Shown here: positions 57,985 to 64,000 of the stretch, piece by piece | How positions within the stretch are numbered: the first letter of the stretch is position 1 | How the letters are laid out: each line of letters begins with the position of its first letter | Source of the DNA: Acidobacteriota bacterium | GTDB lineage: Bacteria > Acidobacteriota > UBA890 > WLXD01 | Length of the DNA stretch: 64,000 nt | NCBI GenBank assembly: GCA_963666055.2 | Contig: CAXWPH010000015.1 | Span: forward strand, 32,001-96,000 | Direction: 5' to 3' | The notes under the pieces: model-generated | What the model was told of the DNA's origin: nothing | Databases searched by the model: none | Seen by the model: only the letters and a program-made list of their open reading frames with translations | Translations under genes and position numbers: made by a program

Positions 57985-60630
57985 ATGGAACCCGGTACTC
58001 GCCTAGGCCACTACGAGATCCTCTCCCCGCTCGGTGCGGGCGGGATGGGTGAGGTGTATCGAGCCAAGGACACCAAGCTCAAGCGCGATGTGGCCATCAA
58101 GGTACTCCCAGATGGGGCGGTTTCCGCTGCGACCCTGGCGAGGTTCGATCGCGAAGCTGAGATTCTGGCCGGACTCAACCATCCCAACATCGCCACTATC
58201 CATGGACTGGAAGAGCACGACGGTCGCCCGTGTCTGATCCTCGAGCTGGTGGAGGGAGAGACCCTCGCCGAGCGGCTGAGAGAAGGGCCTCTATCGCTGC
58301 AAGGTGCCCTGCGCATCAACCGACAGATCGCCCAGGCACTGGAGGCTGCTCACGAGAAGGGGATCATCCATCGCGATTTGAAACCCGGCAACGTGATGGT
58401 GACGCCACAGGGTGGGGTCAAGGTGCTCGATTTCGGCATCGCAAAAGCACTCCAACACGTGGAAGAGGCTGATCTGACGCAGGCCAACACGGAAGCCTTT
58501 GAGCTCACGGCAAAGGGTGCGTTCCTTGGCACGGCCGCCTACATGAGTCCGGAGCAGATGCGAGGACAGCCGCTCGATACGCGTACCGATATCTGGTCGT
58601 TTGGATGCGTGCTCTACGAGACCTTGACCGGTAAGCGGGCGTTTGCGCGTGAGACGGCCGCCGACACGCTCAACGCCATCCTCGAGCACGAGCCCAACTG
58701 GAGTGACTTGCCAGCTGGCACACCTGGTTCTGTGGAGTCCTTGTCGCGGCGATGTTTGCAGAAGGACAGGGTTGAACGACTGCATGACATCGCCGACGCG
58801 CGGATCGAGATCGAGGAGGAGCTCTCGGGTCGGTCGGGGAGTGTCGCCGCCGTTGCCACGCGTCGGCTTGGCAAGAAGCTAATCGTGGCCTACTCGGTGG
58901 GCGCGCTCGCCCTGGTTGCGACGCTCGTGATCGGCTGGCAGACGCTGTGGACGACCGCAGATACCTCGGGCGCGCCGCTGGGCACGCCGAACTCCGGCCG
59001 GACCGGGGCGAGGGTTGCGGCCACAGCGTTCGACCCGACCGACTGGGTCATCACCGTCCTGCCCATCCTCGCCCGGGCCGAGGCAGACGCCGAGATCGTG
59101 GCGCTGAACGACGGCCTGACCGTGACGCTGACGGCGCGGCTGGCGGGGCTCTCTCGCACCCACGGTTTACAGGTGATCCCCGCCAGCTCGCTGCGCGAGC
59201 TGCGTATCGACACGCTGCAGAAAGCTCGCGAGGAGCTCGGCGTGTCGCTCGCCATCAACTATGCGACGCGTCGAGTTGGCGAGCGGGATCTCCGTGTCAC
59301 GGCGACCCTGGTCGACGTCGGCGCGCAGCGCCAGCTTGGTGCCGACACCATCGACGGCACGCTCGACGACCTCATCGAGTTCGAGGAACGAGTGGCGCAG
59401 CAGGTCCTGGGCATGCTCCAAGTGGAGCTCGAGCCAATGGACCGGCAGGCCCTCAGTGCCGGTACGCGCGATCCGGCAGCCTACGCGCTATTCCTGCGCG
59501 GTCAGGGGTTGCTCGCAGACTACGATGATCCTGACAACATCGAGTCCGCCGCCGACCTCTTCCAACAGGCCTTGCGGCTCGATCCGACCTATGCCGACGC
59601 TCACGCTGCCCTGGGCACGGCCTTCTGGCGTCGGTTCAACGACACGCGCGAGCCAATGTGGATCGACCGCGCCACCCAACAGTGCCGTCGCGCTCAGGAG
59701 CTCGACGACCAGGCGGCGCTTGCCCATGTCTGCCTCGGTGAGCTTTACAACGGCACGGGAGAGCCGGAGATCGCCATCGCCGAGCTCTCCCGAGCGTTGG
59801 CCCTCGATCCGACGATCGATGTCGCCTACGTCGAGCTGGGCAAGGCGTACCAGGAGCTCAACAAGCCGGAGCTGGCAGAGGAGACCTACCGGGACGCGAT
59901 CACGACCCGGCCGCACTACTGGGCCGGCCACCAGTGGCTCGGCATCTTCCTGCTTCGCCGTGGTCGCCTGGACGAGGCGATCGTCAGCCTGGGGGAGGTC
60001 GTACGACTGGCACCGGCCAGCTACAGCGGCTATCGCAACCTCGGGACCGCCCACTACTTCGCGGAGAACTGGGACGAGGCGCGCCGGCTGCTCGAGCGGG
60101 CGCTGAGCATCCGGCCGGATGACGAGAGGTCGCTGTCGAACCTGGCGACACTCTACTTCTTTCAGCGACGCTATGCCGACGCGGCGCGCACCTTCGAGCG
60201 CGCCGCGGATCTCGACGACAAGAACCACTTGCGTTGGGGCAATCTAGCCGACGCCTATTATTGGCTCCCTGGGGCGCGCGACAGGGCGGCCGACACATAC
60301 AGGCGGGCAATCGCGCTGGGCGAGACACAGCTGCGTATCAATCCTCGTGATGTCGATGCTCTTATCGACCTGGCCTTTTACAACGCCATGCTCGAGCAAA
60401 GCGACAACGCGATCACACACATCGAAAAGGCCCTGGCTCTGGAGGCCAGCGAGGGATACGTCCTGCTCCAGGCGGCCAAGGTATATCACCGTCTGGGAAA
60501 TGACGTTACGGCACTAGGCCACCTGGACGCGGCCGTAACAGCGGGGTACACGGTCGCCGAGATCCGAGCGGACCCCGTGTTCGACGACCTCGCGGGCGAC
60601 CCGCGATTCGAGGCCTTGCTGGATCCATGA
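57985..60630 (+). CDS. Ser/Thr protein kinase with TPR repeats
   Basis: GAGGMGEVY, HRDLKPGN, DFG, YMSPEQ, TM segment, many TPRs. Confidence 0.93.
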   Translation: MEPGTRLGHYEILSPLGAGGMGEVYRAKDTKLKRDVAIKVLPDGAVSAATLARFDREAEILAGLNHPNIATIHGLEEHDGRPCLILELVEGETLAERLREGPLSLQGALRINRQIAQALEAAHEKGIIHRDLKPGNVMVTPQGGVKVLDFGIAKALQHVEEADLTQANTEAFELTAKGAFLGTAAYMSPEQMRGQPLDTRTDIWSFGCVLYETLTGKRAFARETAADTLNAILEHEPNWSDLPAGTPGSVESLSRRCLQKDRVERLHDIADARIEIEEELSGRSGSVAAVATRRLGKKLIVAYSVGALALVATLVIGWQTLWTTADTSGAPLGTPNSGRTGARVAATAFDPTDWVITVLPILARAEADAEIVALNDGLTVTLTARLAGLSRTHGLQVIPASSLRELRIDTLQKAREELGVSLAINYATRRVGERDLRVTATLVDVGAQRQLGADTIDGTLDDLIEFEERVAQQVLGMLQVELEPMDRQALSAGTRDPAAYALFLRGQGLLADYDDPDNIESAADLFQQALRLDPTYADAHAALGTAFWRRFNDTREPMWIDRATQQCRRAQELDDQAALAHVCLGELYNGTGEPEIAIAELSRALALDPTIDVAYVELGKAYQELNKPELAEETYRDAITTRPHYWAGHQWLGIFLLRRGRLDEAIVSLGEVVRLAPASYSGYRNLGTAHYFAENWDEARRLLERALSIRPDDERSLSNLATLYFFQRRYADAARTFERAADLDDKNHLRWGNLADAYYWLPGARDRAADTYRRAIALGETQLRINPRDVDALIDLAFYNAMLEQSDNAITHIEKALALEASEGYVLLQAAKVYHRLGNDVTALGHLDAAVTAGYTVAEIRADPVFDDLAGDPRFEALLDP

Positions 60631-60652
60631 GCACGCTGAGCGGTGGCGGCGA

Positions 60653-61090
60653 TCAGGGGACGTCCATGCGGGGGTCGAGCACGACCTCGTCGCCGTCGCA
60701 CATGAACTTCACCTTGTAGTAGTACGTCCCGTCACCGACCCCGCCGCTCGGGGCCGTTCCCGTCACCTCCCCACCCTGGCTCGTCCCGCCGTTCGAGAGT
60801 GTCCACGGGAAATTGTCCACCGGTTCGATCTCGAAGTTGCCGTTGTAGCCGCCGACTCGCTGCCATGTAGCGGTGTCGTCGCGGCCCAGGTGATGCCGAA
60901 ACGGATTGACCCGGATTCCGACCTGGCCCCCCGCGTTGCAGGTCAGAATGACGTTGATTGGCTGGGTAGCCTGCACCCGGGGCGGACCGGCTTCGAGGGT
61001 CTCAGGCGCCAAGCCTCGAACGCTCGCCGCAACAGCAGTGCCGGCGATGAGAAGCGTCAGTGGCAAGACAGCGAAGCGTTTCATCTCCAT
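60653..61090 (-). CDS. Small secreted beta-rich hypothetical protein
   Basis: Signal peptide MEMKRFAVL, GGAGG RBS, ends YYYKV...LDPRMDV. Confidence 0.65.
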   Translation of the reverse strand: MEMKRFAVLPLTLLIAGTAVAASVRGLAPETLEAGPPRVQATQPINVILTCNAGGQVGIRVNPFRHHLGRDDTATWQRVGGYNGNFEIEPVDNFPWTLSNGGTSQGGEVTGTAPSGGVGDGTYYYKVKFMCDGDEVVLDPRMDVP

Positions 61091-61218
61091 CAGATGGCCT
61101 CCGTTCCGTTTCGGGTCCGCTCCCCAGGGGGGGCAATCCGTCGATTCGCCCCGACGTCGGGCCGCGTCTACCCGGCTGCGCTCCGCTTCGAACGCACAGG
61201 GAACCAACGGCCGCGATT

Positions 61219-61397
61219 CTAGCAGGCCGTGGTGAAAGTGTGGTGGGTCTGGCGACAGGGTCTTGCGAAGTGCAGGCAAGGAGAGAGGAGGAGGCGATGG
61301 TTACCCCATCGTTGACGAGGAACGACGCAGCATACGCGCGCAACCCCCTGTCGCCCGAAGGGTTACGGCCCACCACACTTTCACCACGGCCTGCTAG
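61219..61397. mobile_element. MITE/REP-like element with 29-bp perfect terminal inverted repeats
   Basis: CTAGCAGGCCGTGGTGAAAGTGTGGTGGG ... CCCACCACACTTTCACCACGGCCTGCTAG. Confidence 0.8.
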
Positions 61398-61473
61398 GAA
61401 CCGGCAAGGGATTCCACAAGGGAGCTTCTATCTCATTGCCATTACCGAGGAGCACGGGTAGCGGCGCGGCGCT

Positions 61474-62046
61474 CTACGCGTTGCCGGGAAGATCCAGCAA
61501 CTCGCGCACCCTGCTCGTCAGCGCGCCCGGCGTGAACGGCTTCTGAAGGAACGCCGTCCCCTGATTCGACAGGCCGCGGCCGGCGTGAACCTCGTCCATG
61601 TAGCCCGAGATATACAGCACCTTCAGGTCCGGTCTCAGCATGGTCAACCGCTCCGCCAGCTCACCACCGCTCATTCCCGGCATCACCACATCAGTCAGCA
61701 GCAGGTTGATCGGCCCCTCGTGCCGCTCGGCGATCTCGATGGCCTTGGAGCCCCCCGGCGCCTCCAGAATCCTGTACCCGCTCCTCTCGAGGACCTCGCC
61801 GAGCAGGGCGCGCACCATCTCTTCGTCCTCCACCAGCAGCACCGTCTCCGTGCCCTCCAGCAACTTGACCGGCTCAGTCCTGGGTTCGAGCGGCTCGGTG
61901 GCCTCATCGACCCGCGGCAGGTAGATCTTGAACGTCGTGCCATGCTCCGGCTCGCTGTGCACGCCGATGAAGCCGTCGCTCTGTTTGACGATCCCGTAGA
62001 CCGTCGATAGGCCCAGACCCGTCCCTTCGCCCGGGCCCTTGGTGGT
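61474..62046 (-). pseudogene. 3' remnant of a hybrid histidine kinase (HATPase G2 box plus receiver)
   Basis: Begins abruptly at TTKGPGEGTGLGLSTVYGIVKQS; receiver LLVEDE, TDVVMP, QKPF. Confidence 0.8.
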
Positions 62047-62366
62047 AAGTCTTACACTGGCGCGTCTCCGCTTGCGTCACGTCTGCACTGCGCAGATGCG
62101 CATCCATTCGCCGGTCGCGAGCCCCGACCCGGCCGACCCGTCGACGGAATTCCGCAAAGACTGCTCAGCCTAGCGGATTAGAACGGCTCTCACCATGCGA
62201 GAGCGTGCAGCCGCTCGAGAAGCTCCGAGATCCGCGCCCCCGTCCATCTTGCCTTGTTTCCCAGCGCCGCCTTGCAGCTGTCCCGTCACGGAACAGGCGT
62301 GCTGACGAGCGGTGGTCCCGACAGCGTAGTGCCGATACAGATGGCATCCAGGAGAGTAGTCTTCCG

Positions 62367-63149
62367 TTACTTGAGCGTCACCCAGATCAGATCGATCGTG
62401 GTGTCGCCGGTGTTCCCTGATTCGTGCTGCGCGCTCAAGGGAACCGCGTTCGACCAGCCGACGGAGCCGGTCTCCGAGAACGGTGACGGATCGCGCTGCA
62501 CGCCGCCGCGGCGTCCCGACCAGATGCCTCCCTTGATGTGGATGTAAACCTGGTTGCCGGGATGCGAGTGGATGCCCTCCCACTCACCGGGGCGGAGGAT
62601 AAACCGTTGTACGACGACGCGCTCGTTCTCCAGCAGCACCTCACCGTCAGGGTCCGCCAGGTTCGGATAGGTCAACAGAACCTGCTTGTCGGCAGGACCA
62701 ACCGGCGCATCTTTCTTCAGCGTCACCCAGATCAGATCGATCGGTGCATCGCCAGTGTTGCCGGATTCGTGCCCCTCGCTGAGCGGAATCGGCTCCATCC
62801 AGCCCACCGAGCCGTCCTCACGGGCGGCACCGGAAGTTGGCTCGCCTCCTCCTCTGCGGCCCGACCATTGCCCGCCTTTGACATGCACGAAAACCTGGTT
62901 GCCCGGATGAGAGTGAATCCCCTCCCACTCGCCCGGGCCCACGACGAAACGTTGCACGACGACAAGCTCGTTCTCGAGCAGCACCTCACCGTCGGGATTT
63001 GCCAGGTTCGGGTAGGTCAACAGAAACTGGTTGTCGCTGGCGGCGGCCGGCGCCGGCGCTTGCTCGGGCCGAGTCACAGCTTGCTGCCTGCCGCCACAGG
63101 CGGCAGTAAGGAGGATCAAGACAACGCTCAGGGCCAGGCCAAGTCGCAC
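62367..63149 (-). CDS. Lipoprotein with two tandem cupin domains
   Basis: Lipobox LTAAC; two repeats of LLTYPNLA.PDGEVLLENE...GIHSHPGNQV...HESGNTGD..IDLIWVTLK. Confidence 0.85.
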   Translation of the reverse strand: MRLGLALSVVLILLTAACGGRQQAVTRPEQAPAPAAASDNQFLLTYPNLANPDGEVLLENELVVVQRFVVGPGEWEGIHSHPGNQVFVHVKGGQWSGRRGGGEPTSGAAREDGSVGWMEPIPLSEGHESGNTGDAPIDLIWVTLKKDAPVGPADKQVLLTYPNLADPDGEVLLENERVVVQRFILRPGEWEGIHSHPGNQVYIHIKGGIWSGRRGGVQRDPSPFSETGSVGWSNAVPLSAQHESGNTGDTTIDLIWVTLK

Positions 63150-63393
63150 GGTTTTCTCCTGCGCACGATGATCGCGCGCTGCCGTTTGCATTCGAAAAAC
63201 TCACCACCGCTAGCATTCACTGGGCGCGAGCTTGGTTCAAGAGTCGCCGCGCGCCGAGGGTGCTGACGAGGCTTCTTGACAAGTCTTTACGGGACTTTAC
63301 GGTTGCTTGGCATCGATTACCTACCCAGCGGGGTCGTAAATACTGTGAGACTGATCGGTCCGCGAAGGGTCCCCTCGGAGAAGAAACGTCAGG

Positions 63394-64000
63394 ATGACGG
63401 TACGCACGGCTCTGGCCTCAGTGTTGGTGGTGTCGCTTGGTGCCGGCGCTTCGGGCCTGGCTGAGCCGAGCCAGGTGGACGCTGTGACGGCGCCCACCAA
63501 GCTCACGCTGATGGGATGGAACATTCGAGGCCTGGGACAGAACCAGACCTGGGAAGTGGCCCGGGAGAGCATCATCGCGTACATGCTCGATTCCGGGGCC
63601 GACATCATCGCCCTGCAGGAAGCGCGCAGGGCCGTAGCCGACATGATGGCGGATCCCGCCCTGGGCAGCCGGTATGACTTCTACCAGACGGCGAGCGACC
63701 AGCCGATTCTGATCGACAAGTCGCTTCCCCTCACGGTGTCAGACGACGGCCCAAGCGGCGTCGGACTCTGCAGCGGAGGCACCGTGGCCACGATTCAGTT
63801 GCCGTCCGAGGCGACCTCCTTTCGCCTCTACAACAGTCACTTCTGCTTCGACCCACGCAACGCCACGGACGGAAGCGACCTCGTGAGGGTTGCCGACCCG
63901 GGCGACCGTTCCCAAATGGTCGTGGCGATTGGCGATTTGAACACCAGCCCCCGTTTCAACCCCGAGTTCGGAGCCGAGTTCGGCCTGACGGTCGAGCCGC
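63394..64000 (+). CDS. Secreted endonuclease/exonuclease/phosphatase family protein (runs off window edge)
   Basis: Manual translation: signal peptide, GWNIRG, DIIALQE, YNSHF, IGDLN. Confidence 0.85.
   Translation, partial: MTVRTALASVLVVSLGAGASGLAEPSQVDAVTAPTKLTLMGWNIRGLGQNQTWEVARESIIAYMLDSGADIIALQEARRAVADMMADPALGSRYDFYQTASDQPILIDKSLPLTVSDDGPSGVGLCSGGTVATIQLPSEATSFRLYNSHFCFDPRNATDGSDLVRVADPGDRSQMVVAIGDLNTSPRFNPEFGAEFGLTVEP

Noticed and set aside
909-61397. CRISPR array from the ~29-bp repeats
   Set aside because: Copies are dispersed in both orientations with no regular spacers and no cas genes
63394-64000. EEP nuclease as part of a defence or retroelement system
   Set aside because: It has a signal peptide, is cut by the window edge, and has no supporting neighbours in view

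Overview
High-GC bacterial chromosomal window. The gene repertoire (GWxTD protein, several Hanks-type kinases, two of them kinase-TPR fusions, ECF sigma/anti-sigma operon, tmRNA tag ANTPVALAA) suggests Acidobacteriota; this is an inference. Positions 1-45 kb are mostly core and envelope genes: ABC-F, DmpA-like peptidase, GlnRS-YqeY, PFK, ABC exporter, M20/M23/S41 peptidases, SGNH plus GH99-like pair, gatCA, tatD, radC and an ECF operon. ssrA (45033-45386) carries an ~8 kb integrated island bounded by a 23-bp direct repeat (45362-45384 / 53308-53330). The island holds a tyrosine integrase, an excisionase-like HTH, an unusual C2H2-finger/HTH/Cys4 protein, two damaged IS3-family elements, a glutamate dehydrogenase and a K+ channel. 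Accessory genes and gene remnants follow it. The strongest unexplained non-coding signal is a dispersed repeat family of about 15 copies or fragments with CTAG/TAG ends, often overlapping stop codons. Its two complete copies (15331-15607, 61219-61397) have terminal inverted repeats and share a core whose stems vary while its loop motifs are conserved. No CRISPR array, rRNA or tRNA was seen. Several single-base lesions may be assembly errors.
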